Below are positions 19,603-29,160 of a DNA stretch of 64,000 nt, piece after piece. A program made the position numbers and the translations under genes. The stretch is taken from the NCBI GenBank assembly GCA_937863565.1, contig CALMGJ010000011.1, positions 1 through 64,000 on the forward strand. The letters are read 5' to 3'. The first letter of the stretch is position 1, and each line of letters starts with the position of its first letter. The notes beneath the pieces were generated by a model. It searched no databases, was not told where the DNA came from, and saw only the letters and a program-made list of their open reading frames with translations. Source of the DNA: an uncultured bacterium (lineage in GTDB: Bacteria; AUK180).

Positions 19603-20003
19603 TTCTCTTTTTCGATGATCTTCTCGCTGATAAGGTCCGCGACAATATACGCGATATCAGATCTTAGGTCCGTCCGCTCGATCTCTTTTCCGTATTCCGT
19701 ATAAAGGCTGCCCTCGATCTCGGAAAATGACATCTTCTTCTCTATCATGTCAAAGATCTCGGTCCCCATCTCGTTCAGGCTGTAGTAATACTGGTTCTTG
19801 TTATTGTAAAGGACTATTTCCCCGTCAAGTTCATTGTACATGATATCCCTGCAAACCCTGAATTTGTCTTTAATATTGAACTTGATACGATGCCCCTCTA
19901 TTTTAACGGCGAGGTCTCCCGTAGCATCATTCATCTCAAGTTCGGTCTTTTTTTCGTTGTCTTCCGGTCTGCTTGGTCCGTTCGTTCCATTTTCACCTTG
20001 CAT
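19599..20003 (-). CDS. PqqD family RiPP recognition element (RRE)
   Basis: ELDGEIVLYN...YYSLNEMGTEIFDMI...L..EY...DI...V.DL....II pattern, with an AAGGAG SD. Confidence 0.88.
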   Translation of the reverse strand: MQGENGTNGPSRPEDNEKKTELEMNDATGDLAVKIEGHRIKFNIKDKFRVCRDIMYNELDGEIVLYNNKNQYYYSLNEMGTEIFDMIEKKMSFSEIEGSLYTEYGKEIERTDLRSDIAYIVADLISEKIIEKEK

Positions 20004-21465
20004 GTTCTTTCTCCTTTATTCCGAGCATAGCCTGCCCTATCATTATTCGTGAAAAATCCTTTCTCTCTACCTGAAGTACTATCTCGCCTTTGAACATTAC
20101 GGCGATATCATCGCAGATCTTGAGCAGTTCTTCGAGCTCAGTAGAAAAAATAAGTATCGCCTTGCCCATGTCCCGGGCCTCCATCAGAAGGTCGTGAACA
20201 AAGCGAACACTTGCAAGATCGAGGCCGCGCGTCGGGTTCTTGGCAATGATCACCTGTTTATCCGCAGAGAATTCCCTGGATAAGATGAATTTCTGCTGAT
20301 TGCCCCCCGAAAGCGACGAAGCAGGGGCAGAAGCGGACGGATACTTAACTCCGTAGTGTTCCATCTCTTCTATCATCTTTTTCTTCTTCCCTTTCCTGTC
20401 GATCATCCCTCCCGGGCCGGGTTTTAAATTTTGCGGTGAAAGAAGATAGTTCTCCGAAAGAGGCATTTCCGGGACAAGCGCTTCCGTTGTTCTATCCTCC
20501 GGGATCAGGGCAATGCTCTGCCTGAGCGATCCGGAAACATCGCGCCCGTCCAGAAATATTTTTTTTATTCCATCTGCAGCTCCGACGATCACGTCGAAGA
20601 ATTCTTTCTGGCCATTACCTTCGATGCCGGCGATGCCGAGTATCCTCTTTCTATGAAGTTTCAGATCCTTGATGTTCAAACGCCTCTTTTTGTATACCTG
20701 TTCGAACACGATATACGGTTCCTCGCCCGGAGCGGTATGGTCATACTGCTTTTCCTCGCATTTGAACAGTATGTCTATCAGGTGCTTTTCAGAGACCTCG
20801 GAAGCGCGGAAGTCTCCGAGGACCTTGCCTTTCGACATAGCGATCACCCGCGTGGAGACCTCGAAGATCTCAGATAATTTGTGAGTAATGAAAATGATAG
20901 TTTTGCCGGAAGCGGCAAGTTCCCTGAACACCTTATAAAGACCTTTAATCTCTTCTTCGGCAAGAAGGGCAGTAGGTTCATCGAAGATCAGAAGTTCATA
21001 ATTCTTGTAAAGCAGTTTCAGAAGTTCCGTCTGCTGTTTCTCTCCGACGGAGATCTCGCCTGCTTTCCGTTCCAGGTTTACGGTCAATCCGTATTCCCTT
21101 TTCAGCGACTCGAGCTTTTTAACATACTCTTTTTTATTCAGGAAAGGGCGCCCGCCTTCGGCACCGAGTACTATATTCTCCCAAACCGTGAAATTGTCGA
21201 TGAGAAGCAGATGCTGATGGACCATGCCTATGGAAAGCTCCCGGGCCTTGACCGGGTCGAGCGGAAGAATGCTTTTCCCGTTCACAAGGATATCCCCGGA
21301 ATCGGGACCGTAAAGGCCTGTCAGCATTCTGACAAGCGTTGTTTTCCCCGCGCCGTTCTCTCCGAGAATGCTTACGATCTCCCCTCTGTCGAGCGTGAAC
21401 GATATTCCGTCATTCGCCTTAAGATCGCCGAATGTTTTCGAGATATCCAGAATCTCAATCTTCAT
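19993..21465 (-). CDS. Nucleoside/sugar (CUT2) ABC transporter ATP-binding protein
   Basis: GENGAGKTT, VHQH, FDEPT, LSGGNQQK and NPTRGLD motifs in a two-domain ATPase. Confidence 0.92.
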   Translation of the reverse strand: MKIEILDISKTFGDLKANDGISFTLDRGEIVSILGENGAGKTTLVRMLTGLYGPDSGDILVNGKSILPLDPVKARELSIGMVHQHLLLIDNFTVWENIVLGAEGGRPFLNKKEYVKKLESLKREYGLTVNLERKAGEISVGEKQQTELLKLLYKNYELLIFDEPTALLAEEEIKGLYKVFRELAASGKTIIFITHKLSEIFEVSTRVIAMSKGKVLGDFRASEVSEKHLIDILFKCEEKQYDHTAPGEEPYIVFEQVYKKRRLNIKDLKLHRKRILGIAGIEGNGQKEFFDVIVGAADGIKKIFLDGRDVSGSLRQSIALIPEDRTTEALVPEMPLSENYLLSPQNLKPGPGGMIDRKGKKKKMIEEMEHYGVKYPSASAPASSLSGGNQQKFILSREFSADKQVIIAKNPTRGLDLASVRFVHDLLMEARDMGKAILIFSTELEELLKICDDIAVMFKGEIVLQVERKDFSRIMIGQAMLGIKEKEHAR

Positions 21466-22465
21466 CCGCTCCTTCCAGGTTTATCCGTATCTTGCCGCTT
21501 ATGATATCCCTTTTTATCTGTTCCACTTTTTCTATGATACCGGCATCAAGGAGGTCCTTATTATATTCATCGAGCGCATATCCAACCGCATCCTCCGCCA
21601 GGCCAAGCGCTACGGGGCCCGGTCTGAATTCTCCGTCCTTCAATTCCTTTATCGAGAAGTACACCGCCGTATCAACTCTTTTTATCATGCTCGTAAGGAC
21701 ATAGCCGGGCGCCAGGTAGTTCTGGTTCGAATCTACGCCTATGGCGAATTTTTTATTCTTTTCGGCGGATTTGATGACTCCGTTGCCCGTCGAACCGGCC
21801 GCGTGAAACACGATATCGGCCCCTTTTGAGAAAAGCGTATCTGCGAGGAGCTCTCCCTTTGTGGGATCGTGGAATGCCTCCTGGCCCGAACCGGCATATG
21901 TGATCTCCACTTTTATTTCAGGATCGATGTATCTGGCTCCCTGTATATAACCGAGTTCGAATTTTTTGATAAGCGGGACTTTCATCCCCCCAACGAACCC
22001 GATGTGTTTCGTTTTCGTTTTCAGGGCCGCAATGACCCCTACGAGGAAAGAACCCTCTTCTTCCTTAAAGATCAGGGATTTGATATTCTCGCCTTCGCAT
22101 ACGGTATCGATGATCACGAATTTTGTTCCCGGATAGAGTTTGGCCGCATCCGTTATCGAAGCGCCCATAAGGAAACCCACGCCGATGACGAGATCGCATC
22201 CCATCGATGCGAATGATGAAAGGTATTTCTTATCCTCGGACATTTTAGCCGGCTGGCCCAGATTGATATCGACGGATAATTCCTCTTCCGCCTTTTTCAG
22301 CCCGCGGTATGCGGAATCGTTGAAGGATTTATCTCCGAGGCCGCCCACGGAAAGCACCATGCCCACTTTGGGATTATCGGTCACGGCTGTATTTTTCTTC
22401 TCCGAACATGACATCAACACGAGCAGGCAGCAGATAACAACGGCCATTTTGGCGGATCTATTCAT
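21455..22465 (-). CDS. BMP family (PnrA-like) nucleoside-binding lipoprotein
   Basis: Lipobox LMSC, GGLGDKSFN, GADIVFHAAG.TG.G, IGVDSNQ and TSMIKRVD. The start is approximate. Confidence 0.92.
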   Translation of the reverse strand: MNRSAKMAVVICCLLVLMSCSEKKNTAVTDNPKVGMVLSVGGLGDKSFNDSAYRGLKKAEEELSVDINLGQPAKMSEDKKYLSSFASMGCDLVIGVGFLMGASITDAAKLYPGTKFVIIDTVCEGENIKSLIFKEEEGSFLVGVIAALKTKTKHIGFVGGMKVPLIKKFELGYIQGARYIDPEIKVEITYAGSGQEAFHDPTKGELLADTLFSKGADIVFHAAGSTGNGVIKSAEKNKKFAIGVDSNQNYLAPGYVLTSMIKRVDTAVYFSIKELKDGEFRPGPVALGLAEDAVGYALDEYNKDLLDAGIIEKVEQIKRDIISGKIRINLEGADED

Positions 22466-23243
22466 AATACCTCTTGACCAGGCCATCGGCAAGGTCTAAT
22501 CCTTTTATTATTTGATTTTTTTTATGCATTTCCAAAACAATGCGGGGAGACGGGATCAGCGTGGCCATCTTCTCGAATAAAGCCGGAAAATCGATCGTGC
22601 CGTCACCCGGCGGAAGGTGGGCATCGCAATCGCCTGCATTATCGTGAAGATGAACTTCGATGATATCCGTACCGAGCGTGTCCAGCCATACGGATAGCGG
22701 GGCGTGCGAAAGAAAATGGGCATGTCCCGTGTCGAAACAGATGCTCAACGGATGAACTTCACAAAGGCCGTCGAAGATCCTTCTGAACGTATCGGGATCC
22801 CTTTCAAAAACATTCTCGATGAGGATATGCGCACCTTGCCTTTTTTCAAGCACGCCGGCGAGGAACCGTCGGGCATTTTCGAGCCATCTTTTTTCCATCT
22901 CGGGGACCTGCACTTTTTCGAACAAATATCCCGTATGCAGCACCACTGCGAGCGAGCCGAGATGCTCGGCGATGTCCAGCGCGGCATTGAGACGCCGCGC
23001 ATATATCTCCGTAAAATGAGGATCGTCCGAGCCCAGATTGATCTCTTCCCAGGGAGCGTGAATAGTGGTTTTAAATCCTTCCGCCGCTTTTTTCAGATCG
23101 GAGATATCCTTCTCTTCCAGTTTACATATCCTGTATCCGCTTATGTATATCTCAAAACCGCAAAGCCGGGGATGTTTTTGGGCTTCATCGCTCCACCATG
23201 GTATCTCCCTGTAAGGAAGGTGCGAATAGAGCCCGGGCCTCAC
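22458..23243 (-). CDS. Sugar phosphate isomerase/epimerase / AP-endonuclease-2 TIM barrel protein
   Basis: HAPW, VLHTG, IEN, CFDTGH and HLHDN..DAHLPPGDG motifs. Confidence 0.85.
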   Translation of the reverse strand: MRPGLYSHLPYREIPWWSDEAQKHPRLCGFEIYISGYRICKLEEKDISDLKKAAEGFKTTIHAPWEEINLGSDDPHFTEIYARRLNAALDIAEHLGSLAVVLHTGYLFEKVQVPEMEKRWLENARRFLAGVLEKRQGAHILIENVFERDPDTFRRIFDGLCEVHPLSICFDTGHAHFLSHAPLSVWLDTLGTDIIEVHLHDNAGDCDAHLPPGDGTIDFPALFEKMATLIPSPRIVLEMHKKNQIIKGLDLADGLVKRYYE

Positions 23244-24190
23244 GGGATCATCTCTCTTTCAATGCGCACGGACAGGCTTTCGGCATCAAGGCCGAAGTGT
23301 TTCATCAGCTCCGCACAGCTGCCGCTCTCGCCGAACCTGTCGTCGATGCCGAGACGGACTACTTTTCGCGGCAGTTTCATGGACAGCAATTCCGAGACGG
23401 CGGAACCAAGGCCGCCGGCCGTTTGATGTTCTTCGACCGTGAATACGGTTTTTGCTGCAGAGGCATGGGCTAAGACAAATTTTTCGTCAATAGGCTTTAT
23501 TGTGTGAAGGTTAAAAACTCCGCAATCTATACCGCGGGTTTTCAATATGCCGGCCGATGCTATCACTTCTGTTATGACAGGGCCGCACGCAAATATCGCT
23601 ATATCTTTTCCCTGTTTTACCGTTATGCCCTTTCCGAACTCGAACGGGGAGGAACGCTTAGTATACACGGGTGTTTTCTCTCGCGCATATCTGATATATA
23701 CAGGGCCTTTCCTCTCATAAGCGGCATATACCGCCTTTTCAGTCTCATATGCATCGGATGGCACGATAACGCTCATGTTCGGTATCACTCGCATAAGCGC
23801 TATATCCTCAAGGGCCTGGTGCGTGGCTCCGTCCGGACCCACCGATATACCCCCGTGCGCCCCGCCGAACTTGACATCGAGATCCATATAACATACGGTA
23901 TTACGTACCTGATCCCAGGCGCGTCCGCTCAGGAATATCCCGTATGTGGAAACGAACGGGACCTTTCCGCACAAGGCAAGGCCGGCAGCCGTTCCCACCA
24001 TATCCTGTTCGGATATGCCCATTTCGATGAAACGGTCCGGATATTCGTCCCTGAAGCCGGCAGTGCCCGTTGATTCCGAAAGATCCGCGCAAAGAACGTA
24101 AATATCTTCATGTTTTTCACCAAGGGCCTTAAGGCCGGCCGAGAAGCCCTCCCTGGTGGAAACAAGTCCCGCGTATTCTTTACCGCTCAT
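23240..24190 (-). CDS. Transketolase, C-terminal subunit
   Basis: MGISEQDM, GPDGATHQ, GPVYIR and VEEH...GGLG motifs. Confidence 0.93.
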   Translation of the reverse strand: MSGKEYAGLVSTREGFSAGLKALGEKHEDIYVLCADLSESTGTAGFRDEYPDRFIEMGISEQDMVGTAAGLALCGKVPFVSTYGIFLSGRAWDQVRNTVCYMDLDVKFGGAHGGISVGPDGATHQALEDIALMRVIPNMSVIVPSDAYETEKAVYAAYERKGPVYIRYAREKTPVYTKRSSPFEFGKGITVKQGKDIAIFACGPVITEVIASAGILKTRGIDCGVFNLHTIKPIDEKFVLAHASAAKTVFTVEEHQTAGGLGSAVSELLSMKLPRKVVRLGIDDRFGESGSCAELMKHFGLDAESLSVRIEREMIP

Positions 24191-25013
24191 TGCCCAACTC
24201 TCTCATCGCCTTCTCATACTCTTTTTTTCCGATGGGCTTGCCGTGCCATGAGGGATCGCCTTCCATAAAAGATACGCCCTTTCCCTTTATTGTATCAAAG
24301 ATCAGCACTGACGGACCGGGCGAACCGGCGGATCCGGAGAAGACATCGCGTATGGACCCCATATCATGCCCGTTCCCGGTATACACCTTCCAACCTAGCG
24401 AGCCGAACCGCTCAGGGACAGGCTCCTTGTTCTTGACATCCCCGCATGAACCGTCGATCTGGTACCCGTTGCGGTCCACGATCGCGGTGATGTTCGAAAG
24501 ACCGTAATGCCCTGCGGTGGCAGCTGCCTCCCATATCTGTCCTTCATCCAGTTCCCCATCGCCGAGAAGACAGTACACCCGGGCGGGCGATCCGTTCCCC
24601 GAGAGGGCGAAAGCCATTCCGTTGCCTATCGAAAGGCCCTGGCCCAGCGAGCCCGTGCTCGCATCGATGCCTTTCAATTTCAGCATATTGGGGTGCCCCT
24701 GCAGTGGCGAACCGAGGCGGCGGAGCGTGAAGAGGTCTTCTTCCGGAAAATAACCGCAAAGCGAAAGCACTGCGTATAGAGCCGGGCATACATGGCCCTT
24801 GCTGAGGATGAACCTGTCTCTGCCCACATCGCCGGGAGAGCCGGGATCATGCCGCATCACATTGAAGTACAGGTATACCAGAATATCAATGCATGAGAGG
24901 CTCCCTCCGGGATGGCCGGATCCGGCCTCGTATATCATTTTGATGATCAGCCTTCGGGCGGCGCGCGCCATGCCTTCAAGCTCGACGGTTTCGAGTTTTA
25001 CCGGATATTCCAT
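24180..25013 (-). CDS. Transketolase, N-terminal (TPP-binding) subunit
   Basis: GHPGGSLS, DRFILSKGH, LQGHP, GSLGQG and GDGELDEGQ motifs. Confidence 0.95.
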   Translation of the reverse strand: MEYPVKLETVELEGMARAARRLIIKMIYEAGSGHPGGSLSCIDILVYLYFNVMRHDPGSPGDVGRDRFILSKGHVCPALYAVLSLCGYFPEEDLFTLRRLGSPLQGHPNMLKLKGIDASTGSLGQGLSIGNGMAFALSGNGSPARVYCLLGDGELDEGQIWEAAATAGHYGLSNITAIVDRNGYQIDGSCGDVKNKEPVPERFGSLGWKVYTGNGHDMGSIRDVFSGSAGSPGPSVLIFDTIKGKGVSFMEGDPSWHGKPIGKKEYEKAMRELGNER

Positions 25014-25890
25014 TTAAAACCTCTGAGAAATGATATCTTCCTTCTCGTGATATCCTTGTTCACAAAATCGAAACGTCTCTCCCTCATCTCCATCGAGGCG
25101 CTTTCATAGATCCTGCCGTTCTGCGAGAACGAGTACCAGTAATATCCATCTGTTTTAAAGCGTTTCACGAAACTGCCAAGATGTTTCTCGAACCTGTTTA
25201 TATAACTCTGGTTGATCGAAAGGATATTCCACAAAAGCGATATGCCTTTTATCTTATCTTCATTGCCCATATATTCGGAGGAGATATCCGATACATATGT
25301 CCTGTCCGCGCCGAGAAGGTATGCGAACGATACCGGGATATTGACGAGAAAACCCCCGTCAACGAATATCCCGTCTTCAAAAGGATAAGGAGGGAAAACG
25401 AGCGGGATCGATACGGCAAGCGTCAAGATCTTGGAAATGGGTCCCTTCTTAAAGACCGTAAGGGAGCCGGTCGTGAGATCTATGGCGGTAATATATACCG
25501 GTATCTTCAGATCCCTGAGGTCTGCATCCCCGAACGTATCGGAGAACATCTTCTCAATTTCACCGCTTTCGAACACGGACGGTCCCGTGAAAAGCTTCGC
25601 TTCGGAAACGACCTTCTGGGTGAAGGAAAAGAAATTCCGCTCCTTGATAGACGAGTAGAAATCCTCGATCTTGGCAAGGATCGGGAGATCGAAGAATTCG
25701 AAGGCCTTTTTGGCTGTTTTCTTCAGGTCTCCGTCATAGAAGCCGTAAAGGGCTGAGCACAGGGCTCCCGCAGATGATCCGATGAGGGCGTCCGGTTCGA
25801 TCCCCGCGTTCTCAAGGAACGCGATATGGGCTATCCCCTTTGCACCGCCCCCGGCGAGAACGAAAAACTTTTTTTTTTAAAAAGACCCAT
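24998..25890 (-). CDS. Patatin-like phospholipase, frameshifted in an A10 run just after the start codon
   Basis: The frame upstream of the track ORF reads VLAGGGAKG...GSSAG, and DGG occurs downstream. The ATG at 25890 is one base out of frame at the homopolymer 25869-25878. Confidence 0.85.
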
Positions 25891-27005
25891 TATTCGGCTA
25901 TGAGCTCGACATTGGCTCGCGGAACATTTACATTGGTCCCGTCCGAAAGCTGGACTTCGACGATCCTGACATGGGCTTCCGTTTCGAGCTTCTGAAGTTC
26001 CGAATGTAGTTTAACGACCTTGGCAAGTTTACCGAACCAGGGATTGCGGATTATCCTTACCATCTTACCTTCCTGAAGGAAATATTCGTCTTCCTTGACC
26101 GCCGATTCCGTTTCAATATCGGTAACGATGACCTCGGGCCTGATCACGCCGGCGCGGATCTGCGTAGCGCCGTTGAGCGAGGCGAATTTACCGTTCAATT
26201 CAGTAAGAAGCGCGAATGTCCGTTCGGCCATATTGATCTTTCCGAACCCTTCCGTGGCAACGATGGAAAGAGGGATATGCTCATTGCCCGTTATGGCAAC
26301 GCCTATTTCATATCCGAGAAGAGCTTTAATATCGGCGTCGTCGATGCCCGCAGTGATGATACCCTTCACGCCGGCCTCCATCGCCTTATTGATGAAACTG
26401 AAATCAATATAATTGCCTGCCACGACGATCATCCCCTTGCACGAAGCGTCAAGAGCCGAGATCGGCGCGGCTTTGTCGGGGCTGTCAACGAGCATTTTGA
26501 GATGCCCCATCCGTTCCCCGCCCAGGCCGAATATACCCTGGATGAGAGATCCTTTCGTCTCTATTATCACTCCTTCTTCAGGAAGCACTTCCTTTATGGT
26601 GCCTCCGATATAAGCGAGCATGTCGATCGGTACGGGGTTCATTCTGAGAACGCTCTGTCCGGTAACGGGGGAAATGCTTTCCACAATGCCGTCGATCGGG
26701 CACTTGACCTTATTGCTGAAAAGACCGAAGAAAGAGCTTGATTCCGCAAGGACCTGTCCCGTCGTGACGCTGTCTCCTTCCCTCACTTTAAGGAATTTGG
26801 GGAGTTCATTCGCAGGAACGCCGAGTTTCTGAGCGATCCTTTCGATCACAACGCTTCCCGGGAGCTCCGCAGAAGCCACCTTATCTCCGGGTTTGACTTT
26901 TGTACCCTGTTCAACCAGGATCTTCCCCTTTATAGGCAGTATCCTCTGTTTTTCTATCAGCGTATATTTGGAGACCTTCAGTCCCGGTGTATATGCCTGT
27001 CCCAT
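25890..27005 (-). CDS. Conserved GlmL-associated protein (biotin-lipoyl-like N-terminal repeats, possible C-terminal KOW)
   Basis: VEQGTKVKPGDKVA and VREGDSVTTGQVLA repeats, IQGIFGLGGE, and VRIIRNPWFG...VPRANVE. Confidence 0.65.
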   Translation of the reverse strand: MGQAYTPGLKVSKYTLIEKQRILPIKGKILVEQGTKVKPGDKVASAELPGSVVIERIAQKLGVPANELPKFLKVREGDSVTTGQVLAESSSFFGLFSNKVKCPIDGIVESISPVTGQSVLRMNPVPIDMLAYIGGTIKEVLPEEGVIIETKGSLIQGIFGLGGERMGHLKMLVDSPDKAAPISALDASCKGMIVVAGNYIDFSFINKAMEAGVKGIITAGIDDADIKALLGYEIGVAITGNEHIPLSIVATEGFGKINMAERTFALLTELNGKFASLNGATQIRAGVIRPEVIVTDIETESAVKEDEYFLQEGKMVRIIRNPWFGKLAKVVKLHSELQKLETEAHVRIVEVQLSDGTNVNVPRANVELIAE

Positions 27006-27006
27006 T

Positions 27007-28839
27007 TCATCCTCCTATGAGTTTCCCGAATTCCTGCGGGTACATATCTATGGCATTGAACCATTTGATCATATTCTGTACGCGCAAAGGATCGTTCAGG
27101 GAAATATCCAAAGGCCGTCCGCGCGTGTCGATCACGACACCCACAACACCGCCGTTCAATTCCGCATCAATTTTTTTATTTTTCCCGGCGCCCATATCCA
27201 GTCCGTTCAGCGGCCTGATCTCGGCTTTCGCTTTTTCGTCGTGGCCGAGAGGTATCACCTTGATCTCTCCGTACGGGATCTCTTCCTCGACCGATTTCCC
27301 GTCCGGCATTTCGAGTTTAATGTGAAGAGCGGGTTTTCCACTGCCCTTTATCTGGCCGTCGGGACATACCGATGTGCCGAGGTATATGAGGCAGTCTTTC
27401 TCGAAAACGTCCGTGGCGGCGGTCTCGTGAACCTGCGAGAGCACTCCGAGCTGGGGCATCATGAATATGCTGTCCACGGTAAGTTCAGTGAGCCCTTTGG
27501 GTTCGAAGGCGTCTATCATCATCAGGGCGGACTGATTTCTTCTCGGGGCATGCGAAAGGACGCCGCCGCTGCCGACGAGCATATCGAGATGGAACATATC
27601 TATGATCGTTTCACCGGATGTTTTCTGAGAGAACGCATCCGAGATCGTTCTTTGCTGCTGTACGCCCTTCAATCCCACCGCAAGGGACTTATGCTGGATG
27701 AAGGCAAGCCTCAGGGCTTCCCTCGCCAGGGCCTGTTCAATAACGAGCTCCTCCAGCGTTTGAGGTATCGTTGTGGGGCGGATCATCTTGTTCTTGATCC
27801 TGTTTCTTATGTCCACCATGTTCGGTTTGAAGGGAAGCCATCTCATAATATTCTCTGCTCCCGCTTCGGCAAAGACCTGGCTTATCGAATACGACATCCC
27901 CAGGTTGGCGGAGACCGTCCGGTTGAAGACCTCTCCGAAGACGGAGAAGACGTCCGTTGTCGCGCCTCCGATATCTACACCGACTATATTGATGTTCTTT
28001 TTCTTGGCGATCTTCTGCATGATAAGGCCGACCGCGCCGGGAGTGGGCATGATGTCCACATCCGTCCATTCCATCAGCGTCTTGTATCCCGGAGCATGTG
28101 CCATAACATGCTCGAGGAAGAGGTCCTGTATCTTGAGCCTTGCCGGCATCAGGTTCTCCGTCTCCAGCGTAGGCCTTATATTATCCGTGATCTGAAGCGA
28201 TGTGATCGAGCCGAGCGTCTCGGTTATTTCCTTTGAAGCGGTCTGATTACCGGCAAAGATAACGGGCAGCGAATACGAAATGCCGAGGCGCGGTTTCGGG
28301 TTAGCGGCCTTGATGATCTCGGCCAGCTCCACAACATGCTTTATCGTTCCTCCGTCGGTGCCGCCGGAAAGCAGGATCATATCGGGCCTGAGGTGCCGGA
28401 TCCTTTCGATCTTTTCGTGAATGGGTCTCATATCATTGCTCGCGATCACGTCCATGACGATCGCACCGGCGCCGAGGGCGGCCCTTTCGGCAGATTCGGC
28501 GGTCATCGTCTTCACAACGCCGGCGACCATCATCTGAAGGCCGCCGCCGGCCGAAGATGTCGAGATATAGATATCTGTCCCTTCGTCGCCGGAGCGTCGC
28601 GGCTTGATGATATTGTTGTTCTCCAGAAGCTTGATGTTCGTCAGTTCCTCGAGTTCGGTTATCGCATTAAGCACCCCTTTAGTAACATCCTCTACGGGCG
28701 CCTCGACGGTCGTTGGGGCTTCACCCCTTTTGATGAGGCGGAAGATCCCGTCCCTCTTTTCTATCAGTATGGCTTTCGTTGTCGTAGAACCGCAGTCGGT
28801 AGCTACGACTCGTTCCATTTTGGAATGGTCCGTGCTCAT
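27007..28839 (-). CDS. Glutamate mutase L (GlmL/MutL)-like actin-fold ATPase
   Basis: DCGSTTTK, SSAGGGL, LSGGTDGG, MPTP.AV, VDIGGATTDVFS and RTVSANLGMSYS motifs. Confidence 0.85.
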   Translation of the reverse strand: MSTDHSKMERVVATDCGSTTTKAILIEKRDGIFRLIKRGEAPTTVEAPVEDVTKGVLNAITELEELTNIKLLENNNIIKPRRSGDEGTDIYISTSSAGGGLQMMVAGVVKTMTAESAERAALGAGAIVMDVIASNDMRPIHEKIERIRHLRPDMILLSGGTDGGTIKHVVELAEIIKAANPKPRLGISYSLPVIFAGNQTASKEITETLGSITSLQITDNIRPTLETENLMPARLKIQDLFLEHVMAHAPGYKTLMEWTDVDIMPTPGAVGLIMQKIAKKKNINIVGVDIGGATTDVFSVFGEVFNRTVSANLGMSYSISQVFAEAGAENIMRWLPFKPNMVDIRNRIKNKMIRPTTIPQTLEELVIEQALAREALRLAFIQHKSLAVGLKGVQQQRTISDAFSQKTSGETIIDMFHLDMLVGSGGVLSHAPRRNQSALMMIDAFEPKGLTELTVDSIFMMPQLGVLSQVHETAATDVFEKDCLIYLGTSVCPDGQIKGSGKPALHIKLEMPDGKSVEEEIPYGEIKVIPLGHDEKAKAEIRPLNGLDMGAGKNKKIDAELNGGVVGVVIDTRGRPLDISLNDPLRVQNMIKWFNAIDMYPQEFGKLIGG

Positions 28840-28842
28840 ATC

Positions 28843-29160
28843 TTACTCCTTATTTTTTATTTTTTTCCGCACAGCGACTTCAGCCCTTTTTTTATCATCG
28901 AGGTCCTCTATCATGCGTATCATCGTTTCAACGGATGACCTTTTTTCGAGAAAATTCACAAAACTCCCGTACTGGTTATCCAGTACGAACGCCTTTATAA
29001 AGGGTTCGAAAAGGGCAAGGGCCTGGCTGCCCACATAGTTCAGCGGCTTGTTCAATTCAAGAAAGAAGATGGCGGGAGTGGTCATACCTATCTTCACGAT
29101 ATACCCCGCTACTTTTTCGCAGGCGGTAAGTTCATCGCTTGTGAATCTCTCCTCAATCAC
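28843..29160 (-). CDS. Conserved hypothetical protein
   Basis: Protein-like ORF (PAIFFLE..KPL..VGSQ), tightly coupled in the operon. Confidence 0.7.
   Translation of the reverse strand: MIEERFTSDELTACEKVAGYIVKIGMTTPAIFFLELNKPLNYVGSQALALFEPFIKAFVLDNQYGSFVNFLEKRSSVETMIRMIEDLDDKKRAEVAVRKKIKNKE

Noticed and set aside
18025-20003. Calling the cluster a standard lasso peptide BGC
   Set aside because: No asparagine-synthetase-like cyclase is in the window. With the predicted cleavage, the acidic residue falls at core position 6, outside the usual 7-9.
18131-20003. PQQ biosynthesis (pqqD/pqqE)
   Set aside because: There is no pqqB or pqqC, and the peptide lacks the PqqA ExxxY core motif.
26893-28236. 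447-aa plus-strand ORF
   Set aside because: It is an antisense shadow of the GlmL-like gene with no recognisable motifs. The same applies to other long plus-strand ORFs such as 3987-4919 and 7852-8694.
27007-28839. DNA mismatch repair MutL
   Set aside because: The motifs are actin-like (DxGSTTTK, DIGGATTD) of the glutamate-mutase-L family, not the GHKL ATPase.
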